Source of the DNA: Felis catus
Taxonomy: Eukaryota
Assembly (NCBI RefSeq): GCF_018350175.1
Contig: NC_058383.1
Coordinates: forward strand, 29,700,001 to 29,764,000
DNA length: 64,000 nucleotides
Direction of reading: 5' to 3'
Of this stretch, positions 24,466 to 36,016 are shown piece by piece (the stretch's first letter is position 1; every line of letters begins with the position of its first letter). The notes beneath the pieces are model-generated. The model saw only the letters and a program-made list of their open reading frames with translations. It was not told the origin of the DNA and ran no database searches. The position numbers were made by a program, and so were the translations under genes.

Positions 24466-25701
24466 AGTTTCACCACCCCACTGACTATTCACTCTCCTGG
24501 TTCTGCTTCTCTACAGCACCTTGCCTAATACACGATGCAACAGGGCTTGGAATCTGTTGTAAAGACAGAGCCAAGAGGTTTTGTGGACGGTCTGAATGGA
24601 GGGGTGTGGGGAAAGCGGTTATCAAGGAATGCTTGTACCTTTGGGTCATGCAAGTACCCTCATACATGCCCTCTCAGCTTGAAAGAGCAAAGGTTTTGCC
24701 CAAGTCAGCTCTGGTGGTTCACCTTGCGTGTTGCTAAGTGATTTCATCCACACCTTTGGTGCTTTTCTGCCCAACAGCGTTCACCTCTGCAGACCCTATT
24801 TCCCGTGCCTTATAGTGTGCCTGCACCTTTCCTTGGTCATGCTTAATTAGTAGTGTTTTCGGGGCACATCCACTGGAACTATTCCAGAATTTCGTGGAAG
24901 GGCAGTGAGCATTGCAGCACCACTGGCTTAAGCCCCAAAATATCTCTAAAGGGTTTTTTCATTCCTTTCCCTAGTCTCCATCACCTGTCTGTTGCACTTG
25001 GAGGTTTAGGGATGGTAGTGGGTGGGCTTTGAGCTGGATTCTTCCAGAAGGCCCCAGATTGGAGGAGACTGGATGGTTCTAAACCAGAATTTCTGTACAG
25101 GTGGCAGAATAAGAGATGATGTCTGAAGACTTTCAGAGGAGTCTGGCAGCCTCAGTATTGATCTCAGGGGAGAAGACCATTCCTTTTTGCGGCGGCTTCC
25201 TGGGAAGCTTGCTCAGCTAACCACGGATCCTTCTGGAAATTTCTAGATGTTATTGAAAATCTCTGCTCTGTGCCGGGAAACAGGCATCTGGGGAGCGGGA
25301 AATTGGGCCAAATGCCCTTACTGGGGCCCAGGAGGGGGTCTGCAGTTTTGGATTCTTTTGAGCAGAGAGAATGGCTCTAGGCTGCAGGCACAACACGTTT
25401 AAAAAAAGAAGCCAAGCTCATTTATAGTCAGTCAGTTCATGACCCTTTTCTCTTTTCCCATCATGAGTCAACGAGGGGGGCAGTCTCACTGTGGCTGCTG
25501 CTCCTGTTCAAGGCTTTCCTTGAAAGTTGTGAAAACCAGGCAAGAGCCCTCCCCCATTATAAAAACATACACTCATAATGAAAATAAGATTGACTCAGTA
25601 CTGAGGGATGAAAGAGAAGAGAGAAAAACCTTCCAAATTCCCACTACCCAGAGATAACCATTAACATTTTGATAAATATTCTTCTGGCTATTTCTAAATA
25701 C

Positions 25702-25705
<4 letters not shown>

Positions 25706-25746
<41 letters not shown>

Positions 25747-25770
25747 GTCTCTCACACACACACATACACC
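25706..25770. repeat. (CT)n-(CA)n microsatellite
   Basis: Direct reading. Confidence 0.9.
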
Positions 25771-26088
25771 CCCACATACTTTTATGCAAATGCGATAACA
25801 TCGTGTGTGTTCTCTTATTCTGTAACCTGCTTTTTAACTCCACATTATACCATGGTCCTTTTTCTGGGTCAACAAATTTAGAAATACCTCATCAATTTTA
25901 ATGGCTGCTTAAAATTCCACTGTGTGTTTAAAACGTACAATATTTAACCAGTTCCCAATTGGTGGACATTTACGTTGGTTTCGATGTTTATCGTGGAGAA
26001 TGTTGCTATGAAAATCCATGCAGTTATATCTTCATCCACATGTATAATTTATTGCTCACTTAAACATCTCTCTCTTTTTTAAATACCA

Positions 26089-26132
<44 letters not shown>

Positions 26133-26149
26133 ATAATAATAATAATAAT
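26089..26149. repeat. (TAG)n(TAA)n compound trinucleotide microsatellite
   Basis: Direct reading. Confidence 0.95.
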
Positions 26150-27146
26150 CTTTTCCAGGGTTGTGATGAGAAGAGATAATGTAGCATTTCTGGAGACTTC
26201 TGTGTCCCCTGGGACAGTTTTCAGCATGGAAATGAAACCCAGGAGCCAGGCCTGAGTCCGTGATGCCCAGAATTTTCTGATTATAAGGATCATGAGGACA
26301 CATGCTGACAGCCCTGTTTCTGGGACTTTCTGGGACCTAATGAAACACTCTCAGGGGCTGACACAGAGGCACAAGGCATAGGTGGGGACCCAGGGGCAGA
26401 GAGAAGCAGGAGGAAACTGGGAACTCACAGAAATCCTTGGTTGTATAACTGAGGTTTGGACCAAGTTTAAATGTCTGGAAGGGACACAGGGCACCAGGAA
26501 ATTACAATATAGTGAGGTAAGTGTTAAGTACAAGTACAAGAGGTATTGGAAGAACCAAAAAGGCTCACTAGCATTTGGAGGTCTGGGAAGACTTCCTGGA
26601 GGAAGTCAACTCCAAAAAAGTGCTCTAAGGTATTTTTGAAATGGCCAGGAGACAGAACGATGAGGAGAGGGTTCAGGGAGAGCATTCTGAGAAGAGGGCA
26701 AAGCTGTTACAAAGGCCAGGAGGACAGAGAGTCAGGGTGCTTTCTCTCACTGAGCCCCAAATCTAGACAAATGAATAAATAGGTAAGTTCAAAACACAGA
26801 GCTAACTGTGATGACAGTAGGTTTTGGGACCCAGACTGGGGAGGTGCTTGGGGGTCTGATACAATGGACTGAACCCTGACATTGTCCTGAAGGGCATCTC
26901 TTCCCTCTGGCCCTGCCCCCTGGAGCCAAAAGCACTCTCCCTGTAACTCAGAAAACAACACACTGGTGGTTGCTTCAGGGCCTAAAATCATAGTCATTGT
27001 CTTCATTTTCATGTGGTCCAAATAGTGACTGAAGGAATTTACAAGACAGGAAGCAGAACTGGGGCATGCTGATAGGGCCAGTGTTGCCTTGTGATTACTC
27101 CTATTTTTTGTTATGTTTCGTTTTGTTGTTTTTGTGATTACCCCCC

Positions 27147-27381
27147 TTTTTTTTTTTGCATTTTTAATTTTTTAACTAAAATAATTTTTTTAACATTTAT
27201 TCATTTTTGAGAGACACAGTACAGGCAGGGGAGGGGCAGAGAGAGAGGGAGACACAGAATCCAAAGCAGGCTCCAGGCTCTGTCAGCAAAGAGCCTGATG
27301 TGGGGTTTGAACCCATGAATGGTGGGATCATGACCCGAGCTGAAGTCAGATACTCAACTGACTGAGCCACCCAGCTGCCCC
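27147..27381 (-). mobile_element. Can-SINE
   Basis: Typical body with a long T-rich tail. Confidence 0.93.
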
Positions 27382-27669
27382 ACAATTACTTCCAGTTTTA
27401 AACGAGAAGTGGGGACCAGATTGGTAGCTGTCAGCAGAGCTGCGATTATGAGAGGGAAGCCAGGAGAAAGGTGATTTTGAGAAATAGAAATGCCCTTAAA
27501 GTTGGTTTGACATGAGCTATATAACCTCAAAGTTTTGGGACATCAAAAATTCCCTCCTCAGCCTGTGGAGGCTCCTGGAATTTCTACCTGTAGCTTGGGG
27601 AAAAGGCGTGAATGTGAATGAGTACTTATGTATGCAGCATATATGGTGTGGGCCATGAATCTCTGAATG

Positions 27670-28218
27670 GGGTTCATGAACAATGTACTTTAGAATCACC
27701 TGGAAGCTTCCAGAAGGTGCATCTTTGGGTCCTACCCTAAAGCCTTGGAAGTGGACACGCCTGGCTATTTGTTTGGCATCCGTCTCAGCTGGGCTCCCAC
27801 CCTCTTCTCTTTCCTAACAGAATCCAGTTTGCATGGTCAGTTGTATGCCCCTCCCCCATGCCATCTTAAAACTCTAGGAAAACTAGACATAAGAAAGAGA
27901 AGCAGAAGAGATAGCATTTCTTTGTCCTCTGGCTGCTGCTGACTGAGCGTGTAGAATCTACACCAAAGGAGCAGAGAGAAGAGACGGACAGAACCTGGGT
28001 TCTTGATGACACCTGTGAGCGGCTGAATCAAACTTCCCTGAGGCCTGACCTCTCTGCAGACTTCTGTCATGTGAGACAACAAACTCTTCCATTGAGCTGG
28101 AATTTCCATTATTTGCAGTAAAAGCCCCATAACCGATACACATTCATCGAATCAGCATCTCTGGTGATGGGCCTGCCCCAGGCATTTCTGATGTACACTC
28201 GGGTGTGGAAACCACAGG
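27670..28218. mobile_element. MER5A-like hAT MITE split by an MLT1 LTR (~27746-28140)
   Basis: Left 'ttagaatcacctggaagctt'; right 'gaatcagcatctctgg...gaaaccacag'; intervening LTR ends 'aaccgataca'. Confidence 0.6.
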
Positions 28219-29274
28219 AGAGGTACTGGGGACACCAAGGTGGCCATCACAGGTCAGGGTCGGACCCTGGCTCGGCCACGTGAACCACGGGGAGTCTGCT
28301 GTATCCCCTCTCTGAGCCCCAGCTTTCTCACGTGACCAAGAAGGGATCTACCCTAGTGAATCTCTCTATCTTTGTGTTCTGCTGTTCTGCTGTAATGTGA
28401 CCCGAGGTGAGCATGGTGAGTAACTGTGGCAGGAGAGAATGCCAAGGGAAAGGTCGCACAAAATGCTGTGACACCAGTACAGTAGAGCAGCAAGGAACGC
28501 TGTTGTTATCTTAAACAAAAGCTGGGTGCAGATTCTCTGCTTTCTAGAGAAATGGCATAATAAATCTCAGGGATTGCAAAGTTGTATTGTTCAGAAAAAT
28601 GCCTTGATGAACGTTTGGTTCTAATGTAGGGCATGTCCCCCACTCCCCAGCAGAGCCTGGATGAACAATGGGAAAAGGAGAGAGGGCTGGATTTCTCCAG
28701 TACCCTAGGGTCAAGCGCAGTGCGACAGGATCTTGGGTTTCTAGCAGTCTTTAGAAAAAAGAGGTGGGTCCAGAACAGAGCAGAAAGGAGTTGAGCAGAG
28801 GGTCTAGGGATGGAGAAGCCTGAGGAGATGGGTGGTGGTGACCAGGGGCTCAGGAGGATGAGGCCAGAGACGAATTTCCTGGGATGAGAGATGGTCCATA
28901 TGTACCAGGCAGTGACATCCAATGTCCAACTTTGGCTTGTCACCTGGCCTGTATTGTGCAGAATCTTCCCTTTCTCACCCAAATCATCAGTGACAGTCTG
29001 CAGCACACTCCCTGTTCTTTGTTTTGGGCACTTTGGGGGAAATAATGAAATAACTGAGGATGAGTTCAGCTTGACATGCTGTGTAGAAAGAGTGCAGACA
29101 TCCTGCGAGATTTTCAGAATCTATCTGCTCACTGTGTAGAAGCAACGCTTCACAAGAAGTGACTGGGTGAACCTAGTCCCTGCTACAGAGCATCTTCAGA
29201 ACCACGGGGGGTGGGGGATGGCCATTAAGTTCAACACAAAAGATGGGATGAGGGCTTGAGGAGTTCTCGAGAAA

Positions 29275-29448
29275 GGTGACCCAGAATGATGAAGGCTGGA
29301 GGAACATCCAGGGACTGGGTGACCCAGACTGTTGGGGACTGGAGGAACATCTGAGGCCTGGGTGACCCAGCATGCTGGATGCTGGAGGCACATCTGGGGA
29401 CTGGGTGACCCAGACTGCTGGGGGCACTGGAGGAACATCTGGGGACTG
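29275..29448. repeat. 43-bp minisatellite, 4 copies
   Basis: Units start GGTGACCCAG at 29275, 29318, 29361 and 29404. Confidence 0.92.
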
Positions 29449-31479
29449 GCGATGGTAGAACAATATAAACTCTATTCACAATGCCTCATGGGCTCCTTGG
29501 CTTATGTCATCCATCCCATAACTCTGTGGGACACGTTAATTATTTAGACCCATTTTCAAATGTGGGAAACCTTACAAACTAAGGCTCAGATAGGGTCCCG
29601 ACCTTCCTGATGTCTTCATGGTTTCCCAATTGGGTCTTGCCTTCCTGCACCACCATTTTGCAGCTTGGTTCCCTCAACCGTCATTGGGGAAAGGGTGGCA
29701 CGTTAAGGTATGATGAGATTTGATTAGGGTTGGGAAGGAGTAAAGTAATTGTGGCAGACTAGGAAGCTGCTAATTTAATGATCCCCTTTTGAGGACATCT
29801 GACCAGACCCTGGTGGCCACACACTTTTTCCAACTCTTGAATGGCTGATATTTCCAAGTAACAGGGATCCCAGAAGAGGGTGGAGCTTTACAATGTCAGC
29901 ATCCACTTTGGAGGGCTGTGGGTCTGCTTTCCCCAGGCCATGTGAGTCACTTGTGGCAGCTTGGTCTTTGGGAAACAAGGAAACTCACTGAAACCCACTG
30001 GGAGACTGGAAGTGGCCTGCTCAGCCCTCCCCAACCCTCCCTGGGATTCACAAATGACCTGGTGGAGCAGTGATAAAGCCACAGTTGCGAAGAAACCAGG
30101 GTTGTGGTTCAACCACCTGAGGCTCGCAGGCTGCTCCGACATGATGGGGGGCAGCCGTATACCCACAAGACCACATCTGGCTGCAGATCTAATGGCTAAA
30201 CAATTGTGCTAATGGAGACACTGTCTCCCACAGGCTTGCTCAGCTGCCTGTTCTCCCTTATTTCCCATTTTGTCACCTCCTGTTGAGTCTACTCAACAAA
30301 ACTTTGGTATTAGCATCCCCCACCTGATGGCTCTTCTCCCTGCCACCGGCTTATCAGTTCAGACTTTGTCGTTTCTCATAGGAATCATTGCCATAGACTT
30401 TACCTGGTTCCCTGCCTCCTGTTCCTAACTCCTCTGCATTCTTTAACCGGTCATCGAAATTCATTAGACGTTTCTTAAGAACTCTTCTTAGCTCTAGTGT
30501 CATAAAGAATATCCTTTGGTTTTGACTAACTCTGACCACCTCCCCCTTTGTCTCCTGGTTCCCATCATTCACTTTTCTATTACAAATACCTTGGAGATAA
30601 GAGCTTTTTAGGACCAGACTCCTCTTGTAGAATCTAGCAACAATTCGATAAGCAATAATGGATAGTAAGGCAGGGACAGATCTTAATTATTTTTTTATAG
30701 CTCAATATGAACTCATATTAATATGGGCCCAAGCACTCATTTGCATTTGACTTTTATTTTGCAGCACCTTCTCTGTATAGGGCACCAGGCCAACCTACGT
30801 AGAGACATGGATTAGCTATTGCTCAAAGGGGCTCGGAGAGCTGATGACTCTGTGAAGGGCTCAGCGCTGCTTTCTGAGTTCATAACAGCATGTCATGGAT
30901 TTTCTAGTTCTTGAAAATGTCCAACTAGCGTGCCTGAAGCCACCTCATCTTTGTCATTTTTCCCCCTAGTAATACACAAGTTCCTTCTCCATAGTTGCTA
31001 TAACTTAGCACGAAAGGCATTTTAGAAACCCATTCTGAGGAAGCGGAAAGGAAATTGAATTTTCAACATGGTCAGCTAGCCCTATATTTTGTTTGTAACA
31101 CTGTTCTTTGATTTTATTCTAGAGCAGCAAGAGAAACCTGTTTTAGTGCTAACATGACAACATTTACATCATGTTTTATTAAGGTTTAAGGTGGCATGGT
31201 CTTGAAAAGGGTAATAGGAAATTATAGAGTCAGGAATCTGGTTCTGCTTTTGATATGTTCTAGGACCCTGGACCATGTGCTTAGTCTCAAGACTCAAGAT
31301 TCTGATCTGTAATATAGGAGAATGGTCCTAGATGAAGGCCATCAAATAGATTTCGACTCAAGTCCACTGTTGATGGCCACCTGGTGCTCTGTGTTGAGAA
31401 CAATTCTGAGGCTGAACACTGTGATTGATTAGTGATGTCTGTCATGGCTGCAGGATGGAGGAAAGTAGTACAAATACTA

Positions 31480-31585
31480 CTGAGCTGTCAGCACAGAGCC
31501 TGAAGTGGGGTCGAACCCACGAATAGTGAGACAATGACCTGAGTCAAAGTCAGATGCTTAGGTGACTGAGCCTCCCAGGTGTTCC
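31480..31585 (-). mobile_element. Can-SINE head fragment
   Basis: 'gagctgtcagcacagagcc...gtcagatgctta'; no tail. Confidence 0.8.
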
Positions 31586-32117
31586 TTTTCTCCCTGACTT
31601 ATAAGCTGCTTTTCCATTCTTACAAAATAATGAGCCACTCAGGAGCCCTCTTACACCATCTCTGCTGTGTTGTTTACTAATTTAAACCTAAACACCCCTC
31701 CCCACCCCACAAAACCCTCCATCCCAAGTCAGCCATCACAATTCGGAACAGGGAACTGTAGATGATCCTTGACATGTGGAGCTCATTATCACTCTTTTTT
31801 TGCTGTATGTGATTCATTGTGTTAGATTAAAGCTCTGCTTATGAGCAGTGCGTGTGGATACAGAGGTCGTCAGAGGTCATGGGCCCCCTGAAGACACTGA
31901 GACCCTAGAAGGTGAAGTAATCCTCCCAAGACCCCATATTAGCTAATAAGTGGCACAGGGGGAGCTCCTGGCTTCCAAGAAGAGGGCTCTTTCTCTTACC
32001 CCATGCAGTGTCTTCCAATTCACTCCACAATTTCTGATAACTGGGATGACCTTTGTTACAAAGACAGGGGTGCAAACATGTTTATACTGCTTTATTTTTT
32101 ATTACTTAACTTAAAAA

Positions 32118-32296
32118 AAGCTTTAAGTTTACTTATTTTGAGAGAGAGAAAGAGAGCACAAGTGGGAGAGGGACAGAGAGAAGGAGAGGTAGAATCCCAA
32201 GCAGGCTCTGTGGGGCTTGAACCCATGAACTCTGAGATCATGACCTGAGCAGAAATCAAGAGTCGGACACCTTAACTGTGCGACCCAGGTGCCCCC
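32118..32296 (-). mobile_element. Can-SINE with internal deletion
   Basis: Tail, (GA)n, ends 'ccaggtgcccc'. Confidence 0.88.
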
Positions 32297-33134
32297 AGAC
32301 TGTTTCATTTTTTCACTTAAAAAATCAAAATCAGTGAGAGCCTCTGCATGAGACATCAGCAGGATGCTCAATATCTATTTTCCGGGGCCCTGCCCCTCAC
32401 CCCTCCGTGAATTGGCTAAGAAAACTGGGGACTTACACAGTCTGAGGGAGTCTTTTTCACAGGGAAAAGTTGAGGTCCTATGATACCCGATTACCTGTAA
32501 ACCAGTGGTTCTCACCAGGGAGTGATTTAACCCCCCGCGGGGACGTCTGGCCAGATGCCCAGGCCAGAAACAGGAAGTGGCCTGCTCAAGCCCATCCACA
32601 TGTGTCTGAACATTGGGTGCCTCCTTCCTGCAGAATGACGCTGAGGACCTAGGGTGGGGGTGATAACCTCAAAGAGCTACCAGGGTCTGGAAGGTGAGGC
32701 CCAGGAGTGGGGCAGCAGAAAGGGTGCTGCCAAGACCTGTCTGCCTCATCCACTGGATGCCTGCTGTGTCACACATGAGCCCAAACTTCTGATTTTTTCA
32801 AGGGAAGCCACAAAACCGTATGTTCATTTGAAACAACCCTTTTGACAATGTTGACAACTAGTCAAAACTTTTCGACCCTGTGTGGGGAGGGGAGGAAAGA
32901 AAGGAAAAATTGAGGGTTTCCTGAGGCCTTACCTTTTGCCTGCAAGGGAGCAAGAACTTTCATGTCCTTTGCAAAATCCATGGAAGCTGTCTTTCTAGTG
33001 TCTGCCTGTCCTCACTAATCCACATGCCATTCTGAGACACAGTCAGTTGTTAGTCGGGATAGAAGAGTTAGGGAAGAGATTTCTGTCCAAATTACTACCC
33101 TTATTATTTCATTTTAATGAATAGGATTAAAAAA

Positions 33135-33325
33135 TTTTTTTAAATGTTTATTTATTTTGAGAGAGTGAGAGACAGGGTGCAAGCAGAGGGAGGGCAGAGA
33201 GAGAGAGGTACACAGAAAATGAAGCAGGCTCCAGGCTCTGAGCTGTCAGCAAAGAGCCTGAATCGGGGCTTGAACCCACCAACCATGAGATCATGACCTG
33301 TGCTGAAATGAAAAGCCAGACACTT
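33135..33325 (-). mobile_element. Can-SINE split by the full-length L1; head remainder at 40189-40214
   Basis: Body stops at '...agccagacactt' and resumes after the L1 as 'agccagacactt aaccaactgaaccacctaggcacccc'. Confidence 0.93.
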
Positions 33326-34480
33326 GGGAGGAACCAAGATGGTGGAACAGCATCGAAGTTTTTTTGCATCTCCGGACCATGAAATATACCAGATCAACAC
33401 TAAACCATCGTGCACACCTAGAACACTGATCTGAGGATTAACACAACAATCTGCACAACCTGAACCACAGAACTTGGCTGGTATGCAGCGCGGAGAGGTG
33501 AACTGGGGGAGAGAGAAGTCACGAGGGCAGGGAACTGTGTTTTCCTTGCAGAGAGAGGACGGAGATGAGGCGGGGGGAGAGTTGAGGAAAAGCACCCCCC
33601 CGCCCCCCAAAAGCAGCTGGAGAGAAAGTGGAAAAGCAGAAACAGCCACAAGGACTGAACTAAAAGGGAGAAAGGAGAAAGGAGAGGGTTGAAATTCCTT
33701 TAAGACTCTAGAAACAGGGGAGGGCAGAGTCTGAAACTCCGCAGCTCACTACCTGGCGGTGTTCCGGTGGGAAGGGCGGATCCCCAGGAGCAGAGTGAAG
33801 TCTGGTTATCCTCGGGTCACACGGGGAGAGGCGGTTTCCCTGCTGGGAGGACATCTGGTCGAGGCTGTGTGGCCACCCGGTCCCAACAGACCCCGGAAAA
33901 CAACCACATTCGCTGGTGGTGGAACAAGGTCGTTAAGGGCGAAGCCTGGGGCCAGATGCTTGTTGTGATTTTCCATGATCCCTGAAACGCCGCTGCTATG
34001 CGATTGTGTGAACTTTCTCTGGGGCAGGCTGGTGCCAGGCCGCGGTATCTGGGCTTCGGCAGCAGCAGCGGTCCTGCGAACATTCCTGGCTGCGGCCACC
34101 ACTGGCCATTGCTCGGGGAGACCCTCCCGGAGAGGATCTGAGCTGGTCGAAGCCGCAGTCCCTCCGAAGGGAGGGGTTGGGAAACACAGCCGCGTGGGAG
34201 ATAAAACTCAGGAGGGAGGTGGCGCCTGGCAACCTGACGGCTTGGTCACCGACAGCATAGAAGCAGGGAGCGGAGGAAGCCGGAGACAAAGGACGGGTGC
34301 GTGATTGCTGGTCAGGGAGAAGAGAGGTTAGACACTAGAGACTGGGCAGCTGGGTCACCGCCATTTCCACCTCTCCCGCGCGTGCGCATACACACCTGCA
34401 AGCGCCTCAACAATCCACTGCAGTAAGCTGAGCAGCGCCATCTAGTGGAAAACGGAGTCATTACACTAAGCCCCGCCCAA
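33326..34480 (+). promoter_or_regulatory. L1 5' UTR internal promoter region
   Basis: YY1-like AAGATGGTGG at +11 (CpG-decayed AAGATGGCGG); GC/CpG-rich 33450-34480; CTCF-, NRF1- and Sp-like motifs at 34377-34478. Confidence 0.7.
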
Positions 34481-35012
34481 CGGTGCTAACCTCACTCTTC
34501 AGTAACACAAGTCTCTCTACCTGCTTAGATTATGGATGATAAAGCCCTTCATAGTTTGACTTCTAGGGAAAAACGAGGTAATTTCAATCGTATTTCAGTC
34601 TATTCTCTGGTCCATCTACTCAATTTTTTGTCTTTATTTTTCATTTCTTTTTCTTGAATACGAACAGAGAAAAAAATTTAGTTTTATTTTCAATTTTTAT
34701 TACAAATATTTTCTTTAATTTTTCTACTCTATATTTTACTTCTTTGTAAATTTTTCAAATTCCATTTTACATCCATCATTTCATTTTATTCTATTTCACT
34801 GTTTGTTTTTTTTCAAATTTTCAAATGTTTTCCCTGTTTTGTCTATTTTTTTCTCTAATCTATTAAGCTCCTTTCCCCAACCAGAGCAAAACACACGTAG
34901 GATCTAGCATCATGTATTTGATGTGTGTGTGTGTGTGTGTGTGTTGTTTTTAATTTTTAATTTTTTAATTTTAATTTTTTTTACCTTATCAATTCCTTTT
35001 CTTCCTTCAAAG

Positions 35013-35916
35013 ATGAAATAAAGGAATTCACACCAAAAGAAAGAGCAGGAGGAAATCACAGCCAGGGACTTAATCAACACAGATACAACTAAGTTGTCTG
35101 AACTAGAATTCAGAATCATGATAATAAGAATACTAGCTGGGGGTGAAAATAGATTAGAATCCCCTTCTGTGGAGACAAAAGAAGTAAAAGTTAGTCAGGA
35201 GGAAATAAAAAATGCTATAACTGAGCTGCAATCTGGAATAGATGCCACGGCAGCAAGGATGGATGAGGCAGAACAGCAATAGAGAGGACAAAATTATAGA
35301 CAACAATGAAGCAAAAAAAAAAAAAAAAAAAAGAAAGAAAAAAAAAAAGAAAAAGAGGGAGACTAAGGTCAAGGGGCATGATTTAAGAATTAAAGAAATC
35401 AGTGATTCATTAAAGAGGAACAACATCAGAATCATAGGGGTCCCAGAAGATGAAGACAGAGAAAAAGGGGTAGAAGGGTTATGTGAGGAAATCATAGCAG
35501 AAAACGTTCCTAACCTGGGGAAAGACACAGACATCAAAATCCAGGAAGCACAGAGGACTCCCATTAGATTCAACAAAAACTGATTATCAACAAGGCATAT
35601 CATAGTCAAATTCACAAAATACTCAGGCAAGGAAAAATTCATGAAAGCAGCAAGGGGAAAAAACGTCCTTACCCTACAAGAAAGACAGATCAGGTTTGCA
35701 GCAGACCTAACCACCGAAACTTGGCAGGCCAGAAAGGAGTGGCAGGATATATTCAGTGTGGTGAATCAGAAAAATATGCAGCCAAGAATTCTTTATCCAG
35801 CAAGACTGTCATACAAAATAGAAGAAGAGATTAAAAGTTTCCCACACAAACAAAAATTAAAGGAGTTTGTGACCATTATACCAGACCCATAAGAAGTTTT
35901 AAGAGGGGCTCTCTGA
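35013..35916 (+). pseudogene. Disabled L1 ORF1p
   Basis: Fragments SELEFRIMIIRIL, RNNIRIIGVPE, QPRILYPARLS; premature stops and a poly-A expansion at ~35312-35355. Confidence 0.93.
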
Positions 35917-36016
35917 GGGGGAGAAAAGACTAAGTAAATAAATAAATAGCAAAAGCAACAAAGACTAGAAAGGACCGGAGAACACCACCAGAAACTCCAA
36001 CTCTACAAGCAACATA

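Noticed and set aside
29275..29448. CRISPR-like repeat/spacer appearance
   Set aside because: Mammalian DNA with no cas genes; the variable parts are 11-13 nt and related to each other, so it is a minisatellite.
33152..34304. Antisense ORFs in the L1 5' UTR (ORF0-like?)
   Set aside because: GC-rich sequence gives stop-poor frames on both strands, one ORF runs into the SINE, and there is no homology evidence.
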